Source of the DNA: Vicinamibacteria bacterium
Lineage (GTDB): Bacteria; Acidobacteriota; Vicinamibacteria; Marinacidobacterales; Marinacidobacteraceae
Direction: 5' to 3'
DNA: 64,000 nucleotides
NCBI GenBank assembly: GCA_965199715.1
Contig: OZ241322.1
Location: forward strand, 1,472,001 to 1,536,000
In this document: one piece after another, positions 46,203 to 55,233 of the stretch
Layout of the letters: each line of letters starts with the position of its first letter
Numbering within the stretch: position 1 is the first letter of the stretch
Translations under genes and position numbers: made by a program
The notes under the pieces: generated by a model
What the model was told of the DNA's origin: nothing
The model's input: only the letters and a program-made list of their open reading frames with translations
Database searches by the model: none

Positions 46203-48616
46203 TACCGGCGGGCGACCCGTTCGAGCGCCTCGCGCACTCCTTCGAGCACGAGCTCCCGCTGGGCCTCGTCGTCCCAATCGTCCCGGCGCTCCATGGCCGC
46301 GCCGAACTCGCGGATGCGCTCCTCCATGTAGGCCCGGTCCGCCTCGACCGCGATCCCGCGTCCGTCGAGCACGACGTACACCGGCGAGGAGTGCGCGAAC
46401 AACTGGCTGTCGGTCGTCCAGTGCGAGCGCGGCCCCTCGGCCCGCAGCGCGATCCACGCGCTCTCCTCGACCAGCAGGTCGCCGTCGAGGCGCAGCTCGA
46501 ACGGCCCGTCGCCCGCCAGCGCTTCGGCGACGGCCGTCCGCGCCGGCCTTCCGTTCACGAGAAGCTCCAGCCGCTCCATCGGGACCGCCGAGACCGCCCG
46601 CGCCCGAATTGAGAGCGTCGCCGGCCCGTCCCGGCGAATCTCGTCGCCCATCCCGAGGCCTTCGACCTCGAGCTCCAGCAGTGGCCCGTTGGTGGCGAAG
46701 CTGCGCCCGGCCCGAAGCGCCTCCCCCCACGCCGGCACGGTGAGCTCGCCCTCGACGAGCGCGTAGGTGCGCCCGGTGCCGAGCGGCGGATCCCGCGACG
46801 TGTCCGAGAAGGTGTCCGACCCGCCGGCCGCCGCGAGCCGGAATCCGGCGTTGAGGAGCCGCGCATAGATCGCCGCCGCCCCGATCTCGGAGCTGGGGAT
46901 GCAGTTGACGTCGAAGAAGTCGGCGACGCCGAGCGCCGCGTCCACCGGAATCTCCGACGGCGACGCGCCGGCGAACGGCTCGCCCTCGGCGAGGTAGCCG
47001 AAGTACGGGTGCGGCATCCCGACCACGAGGTGGTCGCCCTGCTCGGCCCGGATCCGCCGGACGTACTCGAACAGCGGCGGGAACGGCGCCGCCCGGGCGG
47101 TCCCCGGAACGCCGGTGGCCAGCGGATAGAAGAGCCGCTCCGGGTTCAGGAACGTCCGGTGGCCGAAGGGCATCCGGTACTCCTGCCCGTAGCGCAGCAG
47201 CACCCCGCCCCGGGAGGCGGGATGGACCCCGGCGACGAACCGCGCCGGGTCGCCCATCGTGCGGGTGCCGTCCACGTGGATGAGCGCGTGCACCACCCGG
47301 ACCGCCTCGGCCTCGGCCTGCGCCACCAGATCCTCGGGGGTGATCCGAAGGTCGCCGGCGTGGAGGTCGTGGACGTGGGTGTCGCCGGAGTGCCAGTTCC
47401 GGTCGGCGAGGTCGATGAACCGGGTGAACGCGGCGTCGATCACGGTTTCCTCGCCGGACACGATCTCGACCTCCTCCTCCCACGGCAGGAACTCCACTCC
47501 GCGCTTCAGGCGCACCGTCGCTGTCCCCGGCGGAAGCTCCACCGTGAACGCTCCCGAGACGTGGAAGTAGTGGGTCTCGGTGTACGAGACGATCCGCCGG
47601 AAGACGCCCCGGGGCGCGTGCGCCAGCCCGTCCGCGCCGAGCACCGTCGCCCGCGCCGGGGCCGCCGGGCGCACGGTCAGCCGCCCCCACGCCGGGCCGT
47701 CGCGCCGCAGGCCGGTGATCGGAACCGGGCGCGCCGAGCCGCCCTCCACGCCGATGATCTCGAGTCGGGGGTCGCCGTCCCGGTTCGTCGCGTACGCGAT
47801 CTCCCGGCTGTCCGGCGACCACGAGGGATCGCGCTCGTCCCAGTCCTCGTCGCGGGTCAGCCGGAACGGGTGTCCGCCCGAGGCCGGCAGCAGGTACAGG
47901 TCGTAGGCGCCCCGCGCGTCCGAGGCGAAGGCGATCCGGCGGCCGTCGGGGGAGACCGCGGGCCGGGTTCGGAAGGTGGTCTCCTCGGTGTGGATCTCGG
48001 TGAAGTCCGTCGGCCCCTCGACCCGGAAGATTCCGCCGGTCCCGGGCGCGTCGGACCTCGACGAGACCGCCACGACGAACCCGGGCCCCGGATCCGGCTG
48101 GATCTCGTTGCTCGAGCCGCCGAAGACGAGCGAGTCCGAGCCGTCCGGAGCGACGAGGCGGATGTCGAAACTCCCGGACTCCGCCGAAGAATAGAGGACG
48201 CCGCCGTCGGCGCGGGCCTTCGGGTGGAAGTCCATCGCCGCGTCCGTCGTCAGTTGGACCGCGGTCCCGCCCTCCGCCGGAACCCGCCAGATATCGAGGT
48301 TTCCGTCCGTGTCGCGGGAAAACACGATCGCCCGTCCGTCCGGGGTCCAGTCCGGCTCGAAGTCGTAGGTCGCCGCCCCGCCGGTGATCTGGTGCGCCTC
48401 GCCGCCCGCGACCGGAACCGCCCAGATCCGCCCGTCCATCGAGAACGCGATCTCCCGGCCGTCCGGCGACCACGCCGGATACGCCGGCCACGACGTGACC
48501 CGGGGCACGAGGTAGTTCTCGATCCGGATCTGCCCGCCGGCCACCGGCGGATAGCGGAGCGGGGACATCTGCGCCCCGGCGCTCGCGGCGACCGAGAGGA
48601 CCGCGGCGAGGATCAG
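46202..48616 (-). CDS. secreted TolB-like beta-propeller fused to a CehA/McbA-type PHP metallohydrolase
   Basis: Repeated P.WSPDG..I.F PD40 motifs; WHSGDTHVH, GQEYR..GH, GGSD, GRSFATNGP; the signal peptide requires a CTG start at 48616 (next ATG 48568). Confidence 0.83.
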   Translation of the reverse strand: MILAAVLSVAASAGAQMSPLRYPPVAGGQIRIENYLVPRVTSWPAYPAWSPDGREIAFSMDGRIWAVPVAGGEAHQITGGAATYDFEPDWTPDGRAIVFSRDTDGNLDIWRVPAEGGTAVQLTTDAAMDFHPKARADGGVLYSSAESGSFDIRLVAPDGSDSLVFGGSSNEIQPDPGPGFVVAVSSRSDAPGTGGIFRVEGPTDFTEIHTEETTFRTRPAVSPDGRRIAFASDARGAYDLYLLPASGGHPFRLTRDEDWDERDPSWSPDSREIAYATNRDGDPRLEIIGVEGGSARPVPITGLRRDGPAWGRLTVRPAAPARATVLGADGLAHAPRGVFRRIVSYTETHYFHVSGAFTVELPPGTATVRLKRGVEFLPWEEEVEIVSGEETVIDAAFTRFIDLADRNWHSGDTHVHDLHAGDLRITPEDLVAQAEAEAVRVVHALIHVDGTRTMGDPARFVAGVHPASRGGVLLRYGQEYRMPFGHRTFLNPERLFYPLATGVPGTARAAPFPPLFEYVRRIRAEQGDHLVVGMPHPYFGYLAEGEPFAGASPSEIPVDAALGVADFFDVNCIPSSEIGAAAIYARLLNAGFRLAAAGGSDTFSDTSRDPPLGTGRTYALVEGELTVPAWGEALRAGRSFATNGPLLELEVEGLGMGDEIRRDGPATLSIRARAVSAVPMERLELLVNGRPARTAVAEALAGDGPFELRLDGDLLVEESAWIALRAEGPRSHWTTDSQLFAHSSPVYVVLDGRGIAVEADRAYMEERIREFGAAMERRDDWDDEAQRELVLEGVREALERVARR

Positions 48617-49521
48617 GTGGCGACGATCTGGCAAGAGTCGTGGGGGCTGTGGACCTCGGAGGACTCCGGCTGGATCGTCACGTGGCGGATGCCGAAGTCG
48701 TCCCGCAGCATGGCGTGCGCGGCTCGCAGGATCACGTCCGGGGCGACCTCGCCATCGATTTCGGCGTGGCACGAAAGCGACACGAAGTCGTTGTTCACGG
48801 TCCAGATGTGGAGATCGTGGATTCCGGTGACTCCGGGCAGCGCCGCGAGCCGTTCGCGGACCGCCGCTGAATCCACGTGCTCCGGGGTCGTGAGCATCAG
48901 CACCGAGACGCTGTCGCGCAGCAGGCGGGCCGCCGAGACCACCAGCAGCGCGGCGATGCCGAGCGACGCCAGCGCGTCCACCGGCGTCCAGCCGGTGAAA
49001 TGGATCACGATCGCCGACGCGATGACCCCGGCGGAGCCGAGCGCGTCGCCGAGGACGTGCAGGAAGGCGCCCCGGATGTTCAGGTTGCTGTGATGGTGCC
49101 CGCCGAGCAGGTGGAGCGCGAAGAGGTTCACGAGAAGCCCGATGATCGCGATCACGAGCACCGGCAGCGCCGCGATCTCCACGTCGGACCCGAGCCGGGG
49201 AATCGCCCGGACGGCGACCCACGCCGAAATCGCGAGCAGGAAGCCCGCGTTCACGAGCGCGGCGAGGACTTCGGCCCGGTGGAAGCCGAAGGTGCGCTTG
49301 GCGGTCAGGGGCCGGGCCGCGAGCCACGAAGCCAGCAGCGCGACCCCGAGCGCCGCGGCGTCGGTGACCATGTGGCCGGCGTCGCCCTGGAGCGCGAGGC
49401 TGTTCGCCCAGACGCCGCCGATGAACTGCGCGGCCGCCAGCAGCAACGTGCAGCACAGCGTGAGCAGCAGCGTCTTCGGGGACGTGCGATGCGTGTGCCC
49501 GTGGTCGTGCGCGTCACTCAT
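48613..49521 (-). CDS. cation diffusion facilitator (CzcD/ZitB-like)
   Basis: His-rich N-terminus, SLALQGDAGHMVTD, TFGFHRAE, NIRGAFLHVLGD, HDLHIW, HVTIQ. Confidence 0.93.
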   Translation of the reverse strand: MSDAHDHGHTHRTSPKTLLLTLCCTLLLAAAQFIGGVWANSLALQGDAGHMVTDAAALGVALLASWLAARPLTAKRTFGFHRAEVLAALVNAGFLLAISAWVAVRAIPRLGSDVEIAALPVLVIAIIGLLVNLFALHLLGGHHHSNLNIRGAFLHVLGDALGSAGVIASAIVIHFTGWTPVDALASLGIAALLVVSAARLLRDSVSVLMLTTPEHVDSAAVRERLAALPGVTGIHDLHIWTVNNDFVSLSCHAEIDGEVAPDVILRAAHAMLRDDFGIRHVTIQPESSEVHSPHDSCQIVAT

Positions 49522-49608
49522 CGGGTTCGGAACATAACGCACCCGCGCCGGAAGGAGCCGTCGCTAGAATCCGGCCCCGAACAACCCGTTCCCGAGAGGA
49601 GGAGTCCC

Positions 49609-49941
49609 ATGGCGGAAGGCAAGGTCATCGAACTGACCTCATCCAACTTTGACGCGACCGTTTCCGGCTCGAAGCCGAGCCTCGTGGATTTCTGGGCCGA
49701 GTGGTGCGGACCCTGCAGGATGATCGCCCCCACGATCAGCGAGCTCGCCGACGATTTCGACGGGCGCGCCAGCGTCGGCAAGGTGAACGTGGACGACGAG
49801 CCCCGGATCGCGGAGAAGTTCCGCGTCCGCTCGATCCCGACCCTCCTCTTCTTCCGCGACGGCGAGGTCGTCGGCCAGATCGTCGGCGTCCAGTCGAAGC
49901 CGAAGCTCGCCGCTCGCCTGGAGCAGCTCGTCAGCGCCTGA
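49609..49941 (+). CDS. trxA: thioredoxin
   Basis: DFWAEWCGPC, SIPTL; AGGAGGAG Shine-Dalgarno; TAGAAT at 49565. Confidence 0.96.
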   Translation: MAEGKVIELTSSNFDATVSGSKPSLVDFWAEWCGPCRMIAPTISELADDFDGRASVGKVNVDDEPRIAEKFRVRSIPTLLFFRDGEVVGQIVGVQSKPKLAARLEQLVSA

Positions 49942-49954
49942 GCGGAGGCGACTC

Positions 49955-51475
49955 TTGACCCGGACGCCCGGGTCTTCCGGGCTCCTTCTGGCGGCGCTTC
50001 TCGGGGCGGCGTGCGGCTCGGGGCAGCCGGGCCTCCGGATCGGGAACGCCCGGGTCGCCGACGGAACCGGAGCGCCGATCTTCTCCGGCGCGGTCCGGGT
50101 CGAGGCCGGCGCGATCGTCGCTGTCGGCCCGGACGTGGAGTCAGTCGCCGGGGACGTCGTCGTGGACGCGGGCGGCATGGTGCTTGCCCCGGGGTTCATC
50201 GACGTCCACAGCCACGCCGACCGCGAACTGCTGGACACGACCGACGCCGCGGCCGCCGTGAGCCAGGGCGCGACGACGCTGGTCGTCGGACAGGACGGCG
50301 GCTCCCCGTGGCCGCTCGCCGACTTCCGGGCGAAGTTCGAGTCCTCCCCCGCGCCCGTGAACGTGGCCAGCTACGCCGGCCACAACACGTTGCGCCTCAA
50401 GGCGATGGGCGAGGACTACAAGCGCGCGGCCACGCCCGGCGAGATCGCCCGGATGGCGGAGCTGCTCCGGGAAGAGCTCGCGGCCGGGGCGCTCGGCCTT
50501 TCCACCGGGCTCGAGTACGACCCCGGCGTCTACTCCTCGACCGAAGAGGTGATCGAGCTCGCTCGGGTCGCGGCGGAAGCCGGCGGGCGCTACATCAGCC
50601 ATCTCCGCAGCGAGGACCGCTGGTTCCACGACGCGCTCGACGAGCTTCTCCGGATCGGCGAGGAGACCGGCATGCCGATCCAGTGGACGCACGCGAAGCT
50701 CGCGCTCCGCAGCCTCTGGGGCGGCGCCGGCGAGGCGATCGCGAAGCTGGAGGCGGCCCGCGCCCGGGGCGTGGACGTCACGCTGGACGTCTATCCGTGG
50801 CGTCACTGGCAATCCACCCTCACCGTCCTGTTCCCGGAGCGCGACTTCGAGGATCTGGAGGAGGCGCGCTTCGTTGTCGATCAGCTCGCGCAGCCCGAGG
50901 AGATCCTCCTCCCGGTCTTCGCGCCCGAGCCCGCCTACGAGGGCCGCACGCTCCAGGACGTCGCCGACGAGCGCGGCGAGGAGCCGGCGGCGGCGCTGCT
51001 CGCGCTCATCCGCGACGCCGAGGCCATGCGCGCCCAGTCGCCTTCGGGCCCGGTCGAGACGGTGATCGCCGCCAGCATGCACGAGGACGACGTCGCGACG
51101 CTGTTCGCCTGGGAGCACGCGAGCCTGTCCACCGACGGCTCGCTCCTCGGGGCGCATCCCCGGGGCTGGGGATCGTTCCCCAGGGCGATCCGCCAGTTCG
51201 TCCGGGAGCGCCAGGACCTCACCCTCGGGGAGGCGATCCGCCGGATGACCTGGAACGCCGCCCGGCAGATGGGCTTCGACGATCGGGGCCGGATCGCGCC
51301 CGGATTCGTCGCCGACCTCGTGCTCTTCGACCCCGAGACGATCTCGGACCGGGCCACGTTCGAAGAACCCCACCTCGCGTCGGCCGGCGTCTTGCGTGTC
51401 TTCGTGGCCGGCGAAACCGTCTTCGAGAATGGCCGCGTCACCGCCGCCCGACCGGGCAGGTTCCTCGTTCCCTGA
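49955..51475 (+). CDS. N-acyl-D-amino-acid deacylase family lipoprotein
   Basis: GAAC lipobox; PGFIDVHSH, GQDG, GLSTGLEY, SHLRSE, DVYP, HPRGWGSF. Confidence 0.88.
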   Translation: MTRTPGSSGLLLAALLGAACGSGQPGLRIGNARVADGTGAPIFSGAVRVEAGAIVAVGPDVESVAGDVVVDAGGMVLAPGFIDVHSHADRELLDTTDAAAAVSQGATTLVVGQDGGSPWPLADFRAKFESSPAPVNVASYAGHNTLRLKAMGEDYKRAATPGEIARMAELLREELAAGALGLSTGLEYDPGVYSSTEEVIELARVAAEAGGRYISHLRSEDRWFHDALDELLRIGEETGMPIQWTHAKLALRSLWGGAGEAIAKLEAARARGVDVTLDVYPWRHWQSTLTVLFPERDFEDLEEARFVVDQLAQPEEILLPVFAPEPAYEGRTLQDVADERGEEPAAALLALIRDAEAMRAQSPSGPVETVIAASMHEDDVATLFAWEHASLSTDGSLLGAHPRGWGSFPRAIRQFVRERQDLTLGEAIRRMTWNAARQMGFDDRGRIAPGFVADLVLFDPETISDRATFEEPHLASAGVLRVFVAGETVFENGRVTAARPGRFLVP

Positions 51476-51477
51476 CC

Positions 51478-52248
51478 ATGCGCTTGATTCCCCTTGTCTT
51501 CGTCCTCGGCGTCGCGGCCTGCGGCTCGGACGAGTCCAGTCCGACCACGCCGGCCCCCGCCGTTCCGCCCGCGCTCGACGTTCCCTTCGGGATCACGGAC
51601 CTGGAAGTCGGTGCCGGGCCCGAAATGGAGCCCGGACACCTCGTAGCGATCACCTACATCGGCTTCGAGTACGACCCGTCCGCCGCCGGCCGCCGGGGAA
51701 CCGAGCTGTTCTCGAACGGCGCGGCCCAGTTCCGCATCGGCAGCGGCGAACTCGTGCCCGGAGTCGATATGGCCGTCGCGGGGATGCGCGTCGGCGGCAA
51801 GCGCCAGGCGGTCATCCCCCCCGATCTCGCCTTCGGAGCCGTGGGAACCGCCGAGATTCCCCCGAACGCCACGCTGCTTCTCGAGATCGATCTCGACGCC
51901 GGCGAGCCGGCTCCCTTCAGCATGGCCGACATCGAGGTCGGGACCGGCGCGGCAGCGGCGGCCGGCAGCAATCTCACGGTCACGTACAGCGGCTGGCTCT
52001 ACGACCTGCTGGCCGAGGACCAGCGCGGCGAGCTCTTCGACTCCACCTCCACGGCGGACCCGTTCCGGTTCCAGTTGGGGACCGGCGCCGTCATCGAGGG
52101 ATGGGACCTCGGCGTGGTCGGCATGCGGGCCGGCGGGAGGCGCCGCCTCGTGATCCCCCATCCGCTCGCCTACGGCGCCCAGAGCCGCGGGGCCATACCC
52201 CCCTACGCCACGCTGCTGTTCGAGGTGGAGTTGCTGGAAGTCCAGTGA
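51478..52248 (+). CDS. double-domain FKBP peptidyl-prolyl isomerase, lipoprotein
   Basis: VAAC lipobox; two FKBP units (GMRVGGKR..IPP..A.G..IPPNATL; VIEGWD..GMRAGG..IPPYATLLFEVEL). Confidence 0.92.
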   Translation: MRLIPLVFVLGVAACGSDESSPTTPAPAVPPALDVPFGITDLEVGAGPEMEPGHLVAITYIGFEYDPSAAGRRGTELFSNGAAQFRIGSGELVPGVDMAVAGMRVGGKRQAVIPPDLAFGAVGTAEIPPNATLLLEIDLDAGEPAPFSMADIEVGTGAAAAAGSNLTVTYSGWLYDLLAEDQRGELFDSTSTADPFRFQLGTGAVIEGWDLGVVGMRAGGRRRLVIPHPLAYGAQSRGAIPPYATLLFEVELLEVQ

Positions 52249-53264
52249 GCCCCTCCGACCGCTTCGGCCGTCCGCTGCGCAGCCTGCGGCTCTCGGTGAC
52301 CGACCGCTGCAACCTCCGCTGCCAGTACTGCATGCCCGAGGCGGAGTACGTCTGGCTGCCCCGCAAGGACCTCCTCACCTTCGAGGAGACCGCCTTCCTC
52401 GTCGCCCGCTTCGTGGCGCTCGGCGTTTCCCGGCTGCGGATCACCGGCGGGGAGCCGCTCGTCCGGCCGCATCTCCCCGAGCTGGTGCGCCAGCTCGCCG
52501 CCGTGCCCGGAATCGAGGACGTCGCGCTCACCACGAACGGCCTGCTTCTCGAGGACCTGGCGCAGCCGCTTCAGGACGCCGGCCTCCAGCGGATCACGGT
52601 GAGCCTCGACACGCTGCGCGAGGACCGGTTCCGGGAGCTGACCCAGCGCGACGGACTCGACCGGGTGCATGCCGGGGTCGCCGCCGCTGCGGCCGCGGGG
52701 CTCCACCCGATGAAGCTGGACACGGTCGTCCTCGCCGGGGTTAACGACGACGAGCTCACGGATCTCTTCGAATACGCCGCCCGCCACGAAGCGGAAGTGC
52801 GCTTCATCGAGTACATGGACGTGGGCGGCGCCACCCGCTGGCGTCCGGACGGGGTTTTCCCCGCCGCGTCGATCCGCGAGGTCTTCGAGCGTCGCTACGG
52901 CGCGATCGAACCGGTCCCGACCGACGCCGCCGCGCCGGCGCGCCGCTGGCGGGTGCCCGACGGCCGGACCTTCGGCGTCATCGCGTCGGTCACCGAGCCC
53001 TTCTGCCGCTCCTGCGACCGCAGCCGGATCACCGCCGACGGGCGCTGGTTCCGCTGCCTGTACGCGGCTTCCGGGACGGATCTCCGCGGCCAGGTGCGCA
53101 GCGGCATGGACGCCGGGGATCTCGAAGCCCTCATCGCCTCGACGTGGATCGGGCGCGCCGACCGGGGTGCCGAGGAGCGCGCCGCGCTCGAGAACCGGGC
53201 GCCCATCGACGCCGAGACCCTGCGGCGGGATCCGCACCTCGAGATGCACACCCGAGGCGGCTGA
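52245..53264 (+). CDS. moaA: GTP 3',8-cyclase
   Basis: LRLSVTDRCNLRCQYC, TGGEP, FCRSCDR..CLY, C-terminal GG. Confidence 0.95.
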   Translation: MSPSDRFGRPLRSLRLSVTDRCNLRCQYCMPEAEYVWLPRKDLLTFEETAFLVARFVALGVSRLRITGGEPLVRPHLPELVRQLAAVPGIEDVALTTNGLLLEDLAQPLQDAGLQRITVSLDTLREDRFRELTQRDGLDRVHAGVAAAAAAGLHPMKLDTVVLAGVNDDELTDLFEYAARHEAEVRFIEYMDVGGATRWRPDGVFPAASIREVFERRYGAIEPVPTDAAAPARRWRVPDGRTFGVIASVTEPFCRSCDRSRITADGRWFRCLYAASGTDLRGQVRSGMDAGDLEALIASTWIGRADRGAEERAALENRAPIDAETLRRDPHLEMHTRGG

Positions 53265-54209
53265 CTACGGGCTGACCGCCGCCGCCTCGAGCCGGAGCTC
53301 GATGATCGCGTTCTCGCGCAGCTCCTGGACGAAGTTGCCCATCTCCGTGTTCAGCTTCTCGCCGTAGATGCTCTCGGCGAGCTGGTTGCGCACCTCGTTC
53401 AGCGGGATCGTGGACTCCTCGGTCCGCTCGTCCACCGAGAGCAGGTAGAACGAGTCCCCGAGCCGGACCGGCTCGGACACCGCCCCGACTTCGACCGCGG
53501 CCACCGCGACCCGCAGGTTCTCGTCCAGCTCCCCGACCCGGAACAGCCCGAGCGCCCCACCGCTCTCGCCGGAGTCCGACTCGGAGTGGACCTTGGCGAC
53601 TTCCGCGAACTCGGTCCCCGCCTCGATGAGCCGCCGCGCCTCGCCGATCTTCGCTTCGGCGGCGGCCTCGCCGTCCTCGCCCACGTGGACCACGAGCTCG
53701 CGCAGCCGCACCTGCGGCGGCTCGACGAACTCCTCGATCCGGTCGCGGTACGCCTGCTCGATCTCCGGCTCGCTGACCTGGACCTTCTCCTCGATGTCCT
53801 GCCGTCGGATCTCCTGGATCAGCACGCCCTCCATGAACTGCTTCTTCAGTTCGTCCATGGTGGTTCCCTGGAGCTCGACCTGGCGGATGAATTCCTCCTC
53901 GTCGGCGAGGTTCATCTCCTGGATCGTCTGGTTCTTCCACTCGTCGAAGTAGCGATCGGGCACCCGCAGCCCCCGGTCGGCGGCGACTTGCAGGATGAGC
54001 GCGTTATCGACCATGCCCTCGAGCACTTGGCCCCGGAGCGTCTCGACCATCTCCGGGTCGTCGGGCACGCCGAGGCGCTCCCGCTGGACGACGACCTGCC
54101 GCTCCAGTTCGCTGAGCGTGATCATCTCGCCGTTCACGAGCGCCACGACCCGGTCCAGAACCTCCACGTCCTGCGCGAACAGGAGCGCGGCGAGAAGGAT
54201 GGTCGGCAT
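53265..54209 (-). CDS. SurA/PrsA-like parvulin chaperone
   Basis: DRVVALVNGEMIT.SE, FAEVAKVHS..GGALG, VSEPV. Confidence 0.88.
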   Translation of the reverse strand: MPTILLAALLFAQDVEVLDRVVALVNGEMITLSELERQVVVQRERLGVPDDPEMVETLRGQVLEGMVDNALILQVAADRGLRVPDRYFDEWKNQTIQEMNLADEEEFIRQVELQGTTMDELKKQFMEGVLIQEIRRQDIEEKVQVSEPEIEQAYRDRIEEFVEPPQVRLRELVVHVGEDGEAAAEAKIGEARRLIEAGTEFAEVAKVHSESDSGESGGALGLFRVGELDENLRVAVAAVEVGAVSEPVRLGDSFYLLSVDERTEESTIPLNEVRNQLAESIYGEKLNTEMGNFVQELRENAIIELRLEAAAVSP

Positions 54210-54240
54210 GCGCCGATTCTAGGCCGGGGAGAATCCCCGC

Positions 54241-55233
54241 GTGCCCGAGTACCCGGAAATGGAGCTCTACCGGTGGGCCGTCGAGCGCCGCGTCGCGGGA
54301 TCGAGGCTCGCCGACTTCCGCATCGGGGCGCCGCACCTGCTGGTCTCGCTGACCCCGCCGTCGGACCTCGTCGGGAAGGAGGTCGCGGCCGTGGGGCGCA
54401 TCGGCAAGCAACTGCTGATGAGCTTCTCGGACGACTTCCACTGCGCGGTCCACCTCGGCGTGGCCGGCCGGCTCCACTGGACCGAGGGCGCGAAGGAGGC
54501 GCGGGTTTCGCCCCGGGGCAACCTCGCCGTCTGGAGCTTCGACCGGGGCTCGTTGCGGCTCCTCGAGCGCAGCCGGAAGAAGCGCGCCTCGATCCGGATC
54601 GGGAGCGGCGCGGACTTCCTCCGGGAGATCGACCGGGGCGGGCTGGAGATTCCCGGAAGCGCGCTCGCCGACTTCCGCGCCCGGCTCGCCGGCGTCACCC
54701 GCACGCTGAAGCGGGCGCTCACCGAGCCTTCGCGTTTCTCCGGAATCGGGAACGCCTGGTCGGACGAGATCCTGCACCGGGCGCGGCTCTCGCCGACCCG
54801 GCGCGCCGGATCGCTCGGCGAGGACGAGTCGGAGCGCCTCCACGAGGCCGCGCGAAGCGTCTTCCGCGAGTGGCGCCAGCGGCTGATCGAGGAGTGCGGC
54901 GACGGATTTCCCACCGGGGTGACCGCGTTCCGCGACGGGATGGCGGTCCACGGCCGCTTCGGCGAGCCCTGTCCGGTCTGCGGCAGCCCGGTCCAGCGGC
55001 TCGTCCGGGCCGAGAACGAGGTGGACTACTGCGCGACCTGCCAGACGGGCGGGAAGCTGCTGCGCGACCGGTCGCTCTCGAAGCTCCTCAAGAAGAGCTG
55101 GCCCCGCACGCTGGCGGAGGCCGAGGAACGGCGCCGGCGGCTCAGCGCCCGGCAAGCGTCCGGAACGCGTCGGCGATCCGGTCCGGAGTCCACCCCGCCC
55201 CGAGCGCCGCCGAAAGGAGCATCCGGGCCTTGA
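54241..55233 (+). CDS. Fpg/Nei family DNA glycosylase
   Basis: N-terminal PE.PE, GK, HLG..G, SGIGNAWSDE H2TH, CPVC..CATCQ zinc finger. Confidence 0.9.
   Translation: MPEYPEMELYRWAVERRVAGSRLADFRIGAPHLLVSLTPPSDLVGKEVAAVGRIGKQLLMSFSDDFHCAVHLGVAGRLHWTEGAKEARVSPRGNLAVWSFDRGSLRLLERSRKKRASIRIGSGADFLREIDRGGLEIPGSALADFRARLAGVTRTLKRALTEPSRFSGIGNAWSDEILHRARLSPTRRAGSLGEDESERLHEAARSVFREWRQRLIEECGDGFPTGVTAFRDGMAVHGRFGEPCPVCGSPVQRLVRAENEVDYCATCQTGGKLLRDRSLSKLLKKSWPRTLAEAEERRRRLSARQASGTRRRSGPESTPPRAPPKGASGP

Noticed and set aside
44946-49456. Apparent 1181-aa and 1084-aa ORFs (also the 1173-aa gyrB and 791-aa rnpA ORFs) suggesting fusions
   Set aside because: The N-terminal parts are off-frame read-through of upstream genes; the real genes start later
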